From NCBI GenBank assembly GCA_021772565.1, contig JAJFLR010000097.1:1558-65557 (forward strand): a stretch of 64,000 nucleotides of DNA. Reading direction: 5' to 3'. The DNA comes from Opitutales bacterium. Its GTDB lineage: Bacteria > Verrucomicrobiota > Verrucomicrobiia > Opitutales > JAJFLR01. Shown piece by piece: positions 1-9,633 of this stretch. Position 1 is the stretch's first letter. The number at the start of each line of letters is the position of its first letter. The notes beneath the pieces are model-generated. The model was not told the DNA's origin. It saw nothing but the letters and a program-made list of their open reading frames with translations, and ran no database searches. The position numbers were made by a program, and so were the translations under genes.

Positions 1-2011
1 TATTACCCAAAATTCCCGTTAGTATATTATTAAAATCATGCGCTATACCACCCGCTAAAACTCCTATTGATTCTAGTTTACTTGACTTAAATTGCTCTAA
101 CTCGAGTAGCTTTCTGGATGTTGTATCATGAAAGGTTAAGACAACTCCACTATTTTGGGAATCAGAACTTTTAATTGGCGATGCTATAATATCGACATCT
201 TTTTCAACACCATTACGATCAATAATTATAATCTCATTATCGATTTCAAGTTTTTCATCGGTGCTAATTACATTTTGTATAAATTCTGCACAGCTCCATT
301 TTTTTCCTGATTTTTTAAGCCAAATTGCTACATCAACAAATTTATTAATTGCCTCTTTAGCACGCCAACCTGTTAACACTTCTGCTGCGTTATTGAATAA
401 TAAAATTTTACCTTTATCGTCAGTTGTAATGACACCGTCTCCAACAGACATAATCGTAGTTGCCAGACGTTGTTTTTCTGTTGCCAGAGCTTTCATCACA
501 TTTTTTCTTTCGATTTCTGCTGCTGTTCGGATGGCAAATATTCTCACTAACGATTCTGCCAGTTTTAGATTGGATAACGGTTTAGTATCCATAATAACAA
601 TCAATCCGAGTGGATTTCCATTGGTATCGGTGAGCAGTGATCCGACAAAGGATTTGATACTTTTAAGCTTTAGTAATTGATAGTTGGGAAATGCATTTTG
701 AACGTTATTTGAAAAAGAAACAGATTGCCGATTCATAATACTTTCATATGGAGTTCCCGCCAAATCGTGATCGAACTCATCGAGTATTTCTCCACTTTCA
801 TAAAATGCTATAAACCTGACTTTATTATATTCCCCCTCTATAACTTCTGCAATAATTGCGTATGCAACGTCCAGTGTTTCAGCAAGATGATTAACAAGAG
901 ATTTAAAAAATGCTTTCCCTGTTGCCGCAGATACTCCTCCTGCAACATTTCGTATCGCAGCTTCGGCTTGTTCTCGATCCTTAACTTCAATCTGCAATAA
1001 CTGGTTTGATTCTGATAATTCTGCAGTTCTTACATTTACTTTTTCTTCAAGATTTTCTGCATACTCATTCAATGTCTTTTTCTGTTTTCGAATAGAGGAA
1101 ACCATCGAGTTAAAGTTTTTTCCCAACAATTTTAATTCAGGAGCCCCGCTTTCTTTCATTCGCACTGACAAATTTCCAGCGCCTACTTCTAAAGTTTTTT
1201 CGGCCAGTTCTTTGATTGGTCTGGACAAATATCCAGCGATGCAAAATGCAAATATTCCACCTACAAATAAACAGGAAAGACTGAAAAATATCATGACGCG
1301 TAAAGCATCTTTAAGGGGTGCTGTGACTTCTTGAGGATTAAGGTGAACAACCAATTCAATATTTGGTGTCAAAGAAACAATGGATTTTTTAGAATTTGTA
1401 CCTATTATTTTGTGACTGCTCAAAAGGGTTCGGTTATCAATTCGCAGCTCAATTGTCGAATGAACTGCTAAACTATACGCTTCGAGAATAGTTAATGAAA
1501 TTTCGCGGGCACCGATGATATATCCTTTAAAAGCATTCTGCGATCTAAGTGGTACAATAACGAATTCATATAATTTATCTTTAACAATGTATAATTTAGT
1601 GTGAGATATCGGAACCTGAGAAACAATGGTTATTAACTCTGATTGAAGTTGTTTACTTTCGATACCATGCCAGGCTAAAATTTCCCCATTTATAGAAAGA
1701 AAAGCAAAAGCGTCGCAATCTAGTTCACTGGTAATTTCTGCTGCGGCAAACTGTAATGTCTCATTATCTTTTACCTCAGCCAAGGCTTGAAAACGAGGTT
1801 CAAATACCAGTCTCTCAAAGCCAATTTTACGCTGATCAGCAGCATTCCAATGGATACTTTTTAAAATCTCTTTGCTTTGCGTTAATCGTTCGTTTATTTC
1901 GATTTCAGATCTATCATTAATCCAATTTGATGTTAGAAATAGCAATGTTCCCATCCCTATAGTCAAGAGACCATAGGTTAATATTAATATTCTATATTTT
2001 AAAGGAATCAT
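1..2011 (-). CDS. Membrane sensor histidine kinase (TM-periplasmic-TM-HAMP-GAF-PAS-HisKA), 3' end runs off the window
   Basis: Absent from the ORF track because there is no stop in the window. Manual translation from ATG at 2011 gives MIPLKYRILILTYGLL (TM); later GAF-like (GKAFFKSLVNHLAETLDV) and PAS (SVGDGVITTDDKGKILLFNNAAEVLTGW) segments. The H-box KLESIGVLAGGIAHDFNNILTGILGN at nt 2-80 is in the same frame. Confidence 0.9.
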   Translation of the reverse strand, partial: MIPLKYRILILTYGLLTIGMGTLLFLTSNWINDRSEIEINERLTQSKEILKSIHWNAADQRKIGFERLVFEPRFQALAEVKDNETLQFAAAEITSELDCDAFAFLSINGEILAWHGIESKQLQSELITIVSQVPISHTKLYIVKDKLYEFVIVPLRSQNAFKGYIIGAREISLTILEAYSLAVHSTIELRIDNRTLLSSHKIIGTNSKKSIVSLTPNIELVVHLNPQEVTAPLKDALRVMIFFSLSCLFVGGIFAFCIAGYLSRPIKELAEKTLEVGAGNLSVRMKESGAPELKLLGKNFNSMVSSIRKQKKTLNEYAENLEEKVNVRTAELSESNQLLQIEVKDREQAEAAIRNVAGGVSAATGKAFFKSLVNHLAETLDVAYAIIAEVIEGEYNKVRFIAFYESGEILDEFDHDLAGTPYESIMNRQSVSFSNNVQNAFPNYQLLKLKSIKSFVGSLLTDTNGNPLGLIVIMDTKPLSNLKLAESLVRIFAIRTAAEIERKNVMKALATEKQRLATTIMSVGDGVITTDDKGKILLFNNAAEVLTGWRAKEAINKFVDVAIWLKKSGKKWSCAEFIQNVISTDEKLEIDNEIIIIDRNGVEKDVDIIASPIKSSDSQNSGVVLTFHDTTSRKLLELEQFKSSKLESIGVLAGGIAHDFNNILTGILGN

Positions 2012-2025
2012 GGATTCGAAAATAA

Positions 2026-2697
2026 TTATTTTTTACTCATGTTTGACTCTTCGAAAACAAGAGAAACAACAGTTTCGTTATCTGCACTTATTTTTATTGT
2101 TTTAGTAATTTCAGGCAGCATCGTATTCCAGGTTTTCAATTCATAATCACCAGCCGGAATAAAATTAATTTCGAAATTACCGTCCTTATCAGCAATAATA
2201 TATAGTGGTGTTGGCGTGACAAATAAAACACCGTTCATTGATTTATGGATTGAACAATAAAAACGAACGATACCGGGGTGATTAAACGTTACGGATTTGG
2301 ATGTTCCATGCGGATAAATACCAAGATCGAAATCATTGGGTTTTGAGTATGAAAAAACATTATGACTGATTTTATCTTGATTTGGGAATTCAACAGTATC
2401 ACCAACACTAATAACTGAAAAATCGGGAATGAATTTAGCCAACTTCTGATTGATATGATAAATTTTAATTTTTACTCTATTTGTCGAAAATAAATGCGTT
2501 GAATTTTTATCAATTGTATCAAGATAAATAACTATTGGGGCCACATTATTTATTTTCACGCCTTTAACATTACTCTTAACAGTTCCCACTATGGATCCTG
2601 TTTTTTTATTACCTGCATGAAGCGTAGACAAACTGAAAACAGTACCTAACAGGATCATCAATAAATCGAAGTAAAGTCTAATAAACGGTCGCTTCAT
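2026..2697 (-). CDS. Secreted cupredoxin / carboxypeptidase-regulatory-like domain protein
   Basis: Signal peptide; GDTVEFPNQDKISHNVFS and FYCSIHKSM give a type-1 copper His...Cys-x2-His-x2-Met ligand set; C-terminal PAGDYELKTW module. Confidence 0.8.
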   Translation of the reverse strand: MKRPFIRLYFDLLMILLGTVFSLSTLHAGNKKTGSIVGTVKSNVKGVKINNVAPIVIYLDTIDKNSTHLFSTNRVKIKIYHINQKLAKFIPDFSVISVGDTVEFPNQDKISHNVFSYSKPNDFDLGIYPHGTSKSVTFNHPGIVRFYCSIHKSMNGVLFVTPTPLYIIADKDGNFEINFIPAGDYELKTWNTMLPEITKTIKISADNETVVSLVFEESNMSKK

Positions 2698-2719
2698 AAC
2701 TACTATATTAGTTAGTTTA

Positions 2720-4156
2720 TCAGAATTTTGTGGTTAAGCCAATCCCCAGCTGATTTTTCTTACCGGCTTTATCTTTAATATCCTGAGTTACGCCATTAAT
2801 AACATTGAAATCATACCAGGAATATTCGATCTTCAGATTTATATATTCCCTGAATCGTGCACCCAATCCCAGACTAAATAAATTAACGCTTTCGGTATTA
2901 TAGCCAAGCTCTTTTCCATTGTTCATAGCTTCTAGCGCATATCCCTTGTTGGAATCAAAAGTTCCAATTGCACTGTATCGAGCGGCTAAATAATATTTAT
3001 TAAGTTGTTTAGATAATGCGCCTAATTCCAAAACCCCTTCTGCTATCCAATACTGTAAATCACGATCGTAAAATGATGAACTTTTGGATTCTATAGTCGA
3101 CTGACCGTAAGCTAACCAAATATGTCCAAGATCGATGGGACGATATATTACATCTAACTCCCATGCTGTCACTGATATTTTTTCACTTGGGTCATCAGGA
3201 ACAGGAACTCCATTTTGAAAATTGACTACATTTGTTGTTGATCCAAATTGATACAAGTGACTGCCGCCAAATTCAAAAGCTGAGATCCCGGGGACACCCT
3301 TAGCGCCTAATGTTCCTGAACTAAGACCACTCAAGGAAGTATAAAGCTGGTTCGTTGGTTTATATGAAATTTTTCCGACAATCTGAAGAGACTCATTACT
3401 GTTGCTATTGAACCCATTATCCCCATCTGTAATAGCAAATATGTAATCCAGTTTATAATCAGCAAGTGAGCCAAAAAGTTCAATACCCTCATCCCAGTTA
3501 TACGGTGCAGGTGCTGAATAACTAATGAGTGGATTTTCCCAACGTTGTTCGTGAAAACGCAAGTATTCCTCGCCAAATGGAATTGGAAAACGTCCTACTT
3601 TTAGATTGAGTGATTCATTTTCAAATAATCTATCAAGGCGTAAATACATCTGACCGACATTATTTTTAAACGCTGTCTCTCTGACAATATCCCATTCAAA
3701 AAAGAAACTTGAATCGTTATTAATGTTAAAGTCGAAAAATAAACGGGCGTTTTCAACAGCAAGTCGTGAATCCGGCGAAAGTGCATTGTCATCACCCGCG
3801 TAGTATGCGAAATCAGCATTGCCTGATAATCGTAAGTTTTGTAACCAACCAGGTAATTTTTCAGCAGACCCGAGTTGTTCAGACTCAAGTTTTGATAAAC
3901 GCTGTTTTATATCTTCATTTTGAACTAGCTGATCCTTTTCTATATCAACCTGCGCCGCTTTTACTAAAACTTGTTTTTGAGTCGTTTTATAGTTTTTCAA
4001 CTCCTCACGCAATTTAGCATTTTCACGCTCAACCAATCTAACCTTTTTTTCCAGTGCTTCTATCCGCTGTAAAACTTCATCAAGATTCGCATAACCAGAG
4101 TGACAAATTAATGACACTAAATATACAATTATCCATTTTTTATTTATAATATTCAT
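2720..4156 (-). CDS. Outer-membrane porin-like beta-barrel with N-terminal coiled coil
   Basis: Signal peptide, coiled coil (LQRIEALEKKVRLVERENAKLREEL), LKVGRFPIPFGEE motif of OprO/P-like porins, amphipathic strands, terminal Phe. Confidence 0.75.
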   Translation of the reverse strand: MNIINKKWIIVYLVSLICHSGYANLDEVLQRIEALEKKVRLVERENAKLREELKNYKTTQKQVLVKAAQVDIEKDQLVQNEDIKQRLSKLESEQLGSAEKLPGWLQNLRLSGNADFAYYAGDDNALSPDSRLAVENARLFFDFNINNDSSFFFEWDIVRETAFKNNVGQMYLRLDRLFENESLNLKVGRFPIPFGEEYLRFHEQRWENPLISYSAPAPYNWDEGIELFGSLADYKLDYIFAITDGDNGFNSNSNESLQIVGKISYKPTNQLYTSLSGLSSGTLGAKGVPGISAFEFGGSHLYQFGSTTNVVNFQNGVPVPDDPSEKISVTAWELDVIYRPIDLGHIWLAYGQSTIESKSSSFYDRDLQYWIAEGVLELGALSKQLNKYYLAARYSAIGTFDSNKGYALEAMNNGKELGYNTESVNLFSLGLGARFREYINLKIEYSWYDFNVINGVTQDIKDKAGKKNQLGIGLTTKF

Positions 4157-4893
4157 TTGATTAGAGCATTTGAATTCTCCATTCTCAAACTATCAACCCC
4201 AATTACAATATCATTACGCAGCTTCGAATTTTTTTTAATTTCAATAAAACTGGACACTGGAGGGAAACGTGGATGCCAGGCATTAAGTCTATGTTGTCCC
4301 GGAGTAATATTCTTAAGCTCCCAACGTCCAACATCAGAAGAAATAGCATATTGCCCGGGAGATACGAAAATCAGTGCTTCTTTATCAATACTATCAATAA
4401 CATGAAATCTTAATTCACCAGACCTCTTTGGGTTAATTTCTGCTTTGCTGCCTGAATCCAAATACTTGAGAAACCCAATTTGAGGACAAGAAAAAGTATG
4501 ACCTACTTTGTCTGCATTCTCTATGATTATTTTTCCGCCAATTCCGACAACACCATACTTAGAGTCAAATCGAGAACCAAAACGTGTCTCCCTAAAAATT
4601 ACACTTACAGCATCATTTTCAGGAGGTGAAACATGTTCAAGATATATCACAACAAATCCAGGTTTACTATAATCAACAAACTCAACATCTTTTAAACGCC
4701 TATCTTCATATCCACTGCCACTTGCCTGATTTAGAGTAACACCTTCTCTAGCTTTTAGGGTTACGTATCCCCAAACAGAACCCATATCACCAATTGGAGC
4801 AGAAGTTGTGGCACATCCAGAAAAACTTATCGATAGAAAAACCAGCCCTATTTGGGCAATAAATTTTGGGCAACTAGATAGTTTTAATGTCAT
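4153..4893 (-). CDS. Lipoprotein, degenerate cupredoxin/carboxypeptidase-regulatory-like paralog
   Basis: Lipobox FSGC; architecture parallels 2026..2697 (VVIYLE, GHTFS, PGQHRLNAWHP) but lacks C-x2-H-x2-M. Confidence 0.65.
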   Translation of the reverse strand: MTLKLSSCPKFIAQIGLVFLSISFSGCATTSAPIGDMGSVWGYVTLKAREGVTLNQASGSGYEDRRLKDVEFVDYSKPGFVVIYLEHVSPPENDAVSVIFRETRFGSRFDSKYGVVGIGGKIIIENADKVGHTFSCPQIGFLKYLDSGSKAEINPKRSGELRFHVIDSIDKEALIFVSPGQYAISSDVGRWELKNITPGQHRLNAWHPRFPPVSSFIEIKKNSKLRNDIVIGVDSLRMENSNALIK

Positions 4894-5273
4894 TAATAGG
4901 TATAATCATGAAAATATTTTAGTATGTTATTGGATAATTAGATGGATTATGCACTATAATTTATACCAATAATTCAATAGTCTACCCTATAATCGCAACA
5001 CTTTTTTAAAAATTAAGTGTTAATTCATCATTTAATTTTTGCAATAATGAACTATTAGCATTTATAGCAATCTCTATAAAATCCTGGAAATCAGACGTCT
5101 ATTGCAATTCGAACATTTCAGTCATCGAAATTTCAAACCTACAAAGGGACAATATTGTCCCTCGTAACTGAGGAAGATAGTTATTAAAAACAAGTTTTAT
5201 TTCCAAATAATCAATAGAAACTATAAGCGCAGTAATACGATGTGGTGATCAGTGGAATTCTGCAAAAAGAACA

Positions 5274-5753
5274 TCAATTATGTGATTTCATTTTATGCGG
5301 TCTATGGCTGATTTTGCAAATTTTTTTCAACTGATCATTATTTAAAATTAATTTTACCTCAGCTAATTTCACTACCAGATATTTTGCTTTAGATTTTTTA
5401 ATATCATACTTGCTATCAATTAATTTATTAACCGCTTCTATATTTATTTTGTCCTCATGCAAAAAACTCTTGATATCAATTTTTAATATATCGATCTCAG
5501 ATTGTTTTTTTATTAACTCTTTTTTAGTATCAGTTTTTATAGATTTGAGTTTACTGACCTGATCATTAGAAAGATTGAGTTCTTCCTTATTTTTTAATGC
5601 TCCACGGAGTATATGCATAATTTTCATCTCCAATTTTCCCTTACCCCCGTGCATCATTTTTCTGCCATGACCATCAGGTTGGTACTGGTACATCGCAAAG
5701 GTAGATGTGGTTATTATCATTAGGCTGATGAATACAGTTATAATCTTTTTCAT
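5274..5753 (-). CDS. Spy/CpxP-family periplasmic protein
   Basis: Signal peptide, His/Met/Gly-rich N-terminus, LNLSNDQ and ILNNDQ (LTxxQ-like) motifs. Confidence 0.75.
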   Translation of the reverse strand: MKKIITVFISLMIITTSTFAMYQYQPDGHGRKMMHGGKGKLEMKIMHILRGALKNKEELNLSNDQVSKLKSIKTDTKKELIKKQSEIDILKIDIKSFLHEDKINIEAVNKLIDSKYDIKKSKAKYLVVKLAEVKLILNNDQLKKICKISHRPHKMKSHN

Positions 5754-5801
5754 ATATAGTTTTATTTAATTATTTACATTAAAATACAATAAGAATTTTC
5801 A

Positions 5802-6224
5802 CTATCTGTATACGTCAACCCAATTTAGTTCCAGCTTATTACCTTTTTTATTAATGTATTTTCTGGGAAGAACTATTTCGATAAATTCATTTTGCTTCTT
5901 GTGACAATTCTCCATTGAAATTTCATTGTTATCAACATAAGCTGTAAATCCTTCGAGATATTGAAATGGACGATCGACTGAATACTGAAATCGAACGACA
6001 ATATCTCTTGATTTATAGTTATGGGGCAGCCAAACAGTTGCACTTCCAATACCGCCCGGACTCGTTATCAAAATTATTATCCCATCAATTTCCGGTAAAA
6101 TTGATAAATTATCATTCACATTTTTTAACCTGGTATGAAAATTTAGCTCTTTTTGTATCGAACTAGTACAACCAGTTAAAATTGAGAGTATAACTAAAAA
6201 TATGATAATTATTTTTGAGACCAC
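5802..6224 (-). CDS. Hypothetical lipoprotein
   Basis: Lipobox LTGC after hydrophobic stretch; C-terminal LNWVDVYR. Confidence 0.65.
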   Translation of the reverse strand: MVSKIIIIFLVILSILTGCTSSIQKELNFHTRLKNVNDNLSILPEIDGIIILITSPGGIGSATVWLPHNYKSRDIVVRFQYSVDRPFQYLEGFTAYVDNNEISMENCHKKQNEFIEIVLPRKYINKKGNKLELNWVDVYR

Positions 6225-6276
6225 AGTAATAATAATTTCATTGTGTTAAATTTTGTCTATCCCTTAATTTATCGAG

Positions 6277-7557
6277 ATGGACAATGAAGGTGATTTATCA
6301 ATTAAATCTATAAAATTTCATTGGGTTATTATTATAATTATAATTTGGGGCATAACATTGTTGGGTGCTTTTAAGATCGGTAAAAATTCATCCTCTGGTG
6401 ATACAATAAATCTCCAAAAAAAAATCGATTCGACCACTGCAAGTTCGACTAATAATATAGTTGAAGTTGAGCGAGAAATATTAATCAGTGCATTAACCCC
6501 AAAAGATCAAAATGAGCGTACTACACAAATCGAAAAATCTAATTTTGATTCAAGAATAAAACAGGCTATCGGCAAAACATTATCAGAAGGTCATACCCGT
6601 GATATTCCCCATGACTTATCTTTATTATTTTCAGCAATTTCGCTTAAAAATATTAGACAGGCAATAGACTATGTAAACTCAATACCGATTGGGCCTCAAC
6701 GTGAGTCTATTATAAAAGCTTTATTGGATAGATGGGGTGAGCAGGATGGCCTATCAGCATTATCCTATGCCCTCGAATCTACTTCATACTGGGAACGTGA
6801 GGTTAATATAAAAGCAGCAATTTCAGGTTGGGCTCGATCAGAACCAGAAGAAGCTTACAAGTGGGCAAAATCAAATCCAACTAATAGTTTATTTAATAAT
6901 TCCAGATTAAATTCTGTATTAAAAGAAATTGCTCAAAAAAATCCTGAAGATGCATTTAAACTAGCTTCAGAAGTTAGCGATGAATCACATAAATCTGAAG
7001 CTCTTAAAACTGTTGTTGATGAACTCGTCACGAGAGGTTTATTGGGCGAAGCCATTAATTGGTCACTAGCATTAGCTGATGGAATGCCTCGAACCTTATC
7101 ACTCGCTTATGCAGTACAAAAATGGGCTCGATATGAACCTGAAGCAGCCGGCAATTGGGTCTCTGAAAATTTTGACGATCCGGCAACTGGTGAATTGTCT
7201 GATACCGTCGCGCGTATGTGGTCTGCATCAGATCCCAACAATGCCATGTCATGGGCAGTTAATCTACCCGAAGGAAACATTCGCAAAGAAAGCTTACATA
7301 CAATTGTTGAACGATGGATTAAAGACTCCGGTTATTTACCGGCTGCTGAATATTTAAATCAATTTGAACCTCATGCAGATTTTGATACGACAACTAGAGA
7401 AATTGTAGTTCGCGCCATGAATGACGATCCGGAATCTGCGATGAGTTGGGTAGACTCTATTGTCGATGAAAACCTACAGAAAGTTCTGCGAAATATGGTT
7501 GAAGAACGTATAGTCGATAAAGAGAACGACAATGATACACAAAAATTGTTAAATTAA
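6277..7557 (+). CDS. Membrane-anchored helical-repeat protein (WAxxDPxxAxxWA repeats)
   Basis: N-terminal TM; repeats WARSEPEEAYKWA, WARYEPEAAGNWV, WSASDPNNAMSWA, DDPESAMSWV. Confidence 0.8.
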   Translation: MDNEGDLSIKSIKFHWVIIIIIIWGITLLGAFKIGKNSSSGDTINLQKKIDSTTASSTNNIVEVEREILISALTPKDQNERTTQIEKSNFDSRIKQAIGKTLSEGHTRDIPHDLSLLFSAISLKNIRQAIDYVNSIPIGPQRESIIKALLDRWGEQDGLSALSYALESTSYWEREVNIKAAISGWARSEPEEAYKWAKSNPTNSLFNNSRLNSVLKEIAQKNPEDAFKLASEVSDESHKSEALKTVVDELVTRGLLGEAINWSLALADGMPRTLSLAYAVQKWARYEPEAAGNWVSENFDDPATGELSDTVARMWSASDPNNAMSWAVNLPEGNIRKESLHTIVERWIKDSGYLPAAEYLNQFEPHADFDTTTREIVVRAMNDDPESAMSWVDSIVDENLQKVLRNMVEERIVDKENDNDTQKLLN

Positions 7558-7690
7558 ATTAGCAAATACTTTTGATAAATAACAACTTAGTAACAATTCT
7601 CGCTGTGAGGAGATTATTGCAAAAAGGTGCATTTTCAGTTAGAGAATCACAAATTAATAACCTAATCAGATATCGAGAGAATCAACACGC

Positions 7691-7870
7691 TAATCGTAAA
7701 GTTGGTACTATTTCGCCCTTTCAGGGCTTGTAAACTTATAATCTTTTTATCCCAGGACTAGAAACCCTGGGCTGGATTAGAACTGCCTTTCAGGCATACA
7801 AAATACCTAATTGATTAGTAACCCAATAAACCCAAATCCTCACCCATTCACCAAATGATCCTCATTGGTT
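7691..7870. repeat. Dispersed palindromic (REP-like) repeat, copy 1
   Basis: gccctttcagggc, cccagg...cctggg and tgcctttcaggca hairpins; aligns by eye with 21586..21770 in direct orientation. Confidence 0.8.
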
Positions 7871-7975
7871 GAAAAATTTGCCAACTACAGCACCTGGCAT
7901 AAATAATTTCCTAAATAAATGAAACGTCTTGCATCCAACTTGCTCGGCAAAATTTTAAATCGCTTGGGGTTGTAT

Positions 7976-7997
7976 TCCCCGCCGCTTGCGGCGGGGA
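7976..7997. terminator. Perfect GC-rich inverted repeat (terminator-like or IS200/605-type palindrome)
   Basis: tccccgccgc-tt-gcggcgggga followed by tctttattt on the + strand, between convergent genes. Confidence 0.5.
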
Positions 7998-8095
7998 TCT
8001 TTATTTGTCATAAATGGCAATTTAATACCATTCTCTGGTGTCGGTACGCTATCCTTGAGTAGTTGGTGCATCTACAGAGGACCTGTAACAACCTC

Positions 8096-8701
8096 TTATT
8101 CATCAGGGTATAAATCCCTTTTTACCAACTCACCTTTTTCCATCTCGACAATGGATTTAATTCTGCCGTTTGGGTACCAGGCTTTATTTATTCCATCTGG
8201 CTTACCATCGATAAAATGCATCTCTGTTGCCTTTTTCCCATTTTCGTGCCAACTGGTAAATGTTCCGGAGATTTCTCCCTCAATTATTTGAGCCTTTGAC
8301 TTCATCTGTCCATCGGTATACCATCGAATACGCCCTCCATGAGAGATGCCTTTTACAAAATGTTCTTCGACTTCCTTTTGCCCATCCTCATACCAGCCCA
8401 GAGATAAACCATGCGCCCGACCCTCTTTAATGGCGATAAGCACCTTCTGCTCACCACCCGGATAGTTTTCAACAAGATTGCCACTAAAAACCTCATCAGA
8501 GTCTTTTATAAATAAGGTACCATCCCTCAAATCGAGTTGCTCTCTGGTAAGTTCATTCGAAATTTCTACTGTAGCTTCAGTTTCAAATTCAGGTTGATAA
8601 TGTTGCCAGTAATACCAAATACCAACAGTGGAAATTAGCATTACAACAAGCAGCCACAGAAACAGGTTTTTAAATGGTTTTTTTAACTGCATTGTTAACA
8701 A
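8096..8701 (-). CDS. MORN-variant repeat protein (YwqK-like), single N-terminal TM
   Basis: Repeats GWYEDGQK, RWYTDGQMK, SWHENGKK, AWYPNGRIK. Confidence 0.85.
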   Translation of the reverse strand: MLTMQLKKPFKNLFLWLLVVMLISTVGIWYYWQHYQPEFETEATVEISNELTREQLDLRDGTLFIKDSDEVFSGNLVENYPGGEQKVLIAIKEGRAHGLSLGWYEDGQKEVEEHFVKGISHGGRIRWYTDGQMKSKAQIIEGEISGTFTSWHENGKKATEMHFIDGKPDGINKAWYPNGRIKSIVEMEKGELVKRDLYPDE

Positions 8702-8793
8702 GTAGCTCTTTACCTCATCTTGCGACGGTGTCTGTGGGAATCAAAAAATCATCAGTCAAAGTAAACCCGGATTTTGCACTAGGTAAACTTAAC

Positions 8794-9633
8794 TCATTTG
8801 ACATGCAGTTGGTAGAATTGGGGGCTTTTATCACTTTCATCAATTGATTCAGGTAACACTACGTAAATATCCTCATTATTCACATTAGGAGCAAGGTACA
8901 CAAAAAATGGGTTCGAGCCATCGGAACTGAGTGAAAAGCTCACATCTTTATAAGTGACAAGATCGTCTGATACTTTTAATGTATAAGTACGTCCCTCGAT
9001 CGCAAGAAATTGCAAACGGGCAAAAATCCCTACTGTTTCTATTATATCCAACCTGAAAGTCTCACTCTTCGTAAAGGCATAGGTGCCGGCGACATACTCC
9101 ACATAATTGCTAACGCCATCGCCATCGATATCACCTTCAGGACTAACATCGGCTAAAGTTTTAATTGCGTCATTTGGATTAAAATCAATCAAGTCTTTTT
9201 CCCATTGATCGGGTAGACCATCGCCATCGCTGTCGGCGCCCAGAGTCAGATCCAACCGTGTGCGGCCTCCCGGCTCGCCTATGGTATTATTTCCACCCAT
9301 AACTTCGAGCGGCACAAAAACATCATTACCAATGTTCACGCGCACCGTATAGGGCATAGTTGGACGCAATGCTGTTGGAACATAGAGAGTTTGGGTTATA
9401 CCCGCATCCATAGGAATTTTAAGCGAATAGTTTATTTCAGGCCCAATTGAAGAACTTATTGGCCCTGTGACAATATCTTTAGAATTACTGCTCAATGTAA
9501 TTGAAGCTGTAACAGTCAATGGAGTTCCTTTAGCATCACGTACGATTCCAAATACCTCATGATGAGGTGCTGGCGGAAATGCCGAGGCTGTTACGGTGAA
9601 TATAAATAAGACTATAAAGATTTGAATTTTCAT
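8794..9633 (-). CDS. Secreted protein with Asp-rich Ca-binding (DxDGDG) motifs and Verrucomicrobia-type C-terminal domain
   Basis: Signal peptide ending ASA; DSDGDGLPDQWE and DIDGDGVSNYVEYVAGT; C-terminal GRTYTLKVSDDL...FYQL; its ATG directly follows the upstream TAA. Confidence 0.8.
   Translation of the reverse strand: MKIQIFIVLFIFTVTASAFPPAPHHEVFGIVRDAKGTPLTVTASITLSSNSKDIVTGPISSSIGPEINYSLKIPMDAGITQTLYVPTALRPTMPYTVRVNIGNDVFVPLEVMGGNNTIGEPGGRTRLDLTLGADSDGDGLPDQWEKDLIDFNPNDAIKTLADVSPEGDIDGDGVSNYVEYVAGTYAFTKSETFRLDIIETVGIFARLQFLAIEGRTYTLKVSDDLVTYKDVSFSLSSDGSNPFFVYLAPNVNNEDIYVVLPESIDESDKSPQFYQLHVK

Noticed and set aside
261-1000. Plus-strand ORFs 261..680 and 725..1000
   Set aside because: Antisense shadows of the minus-strand histidine kinase that the track missed
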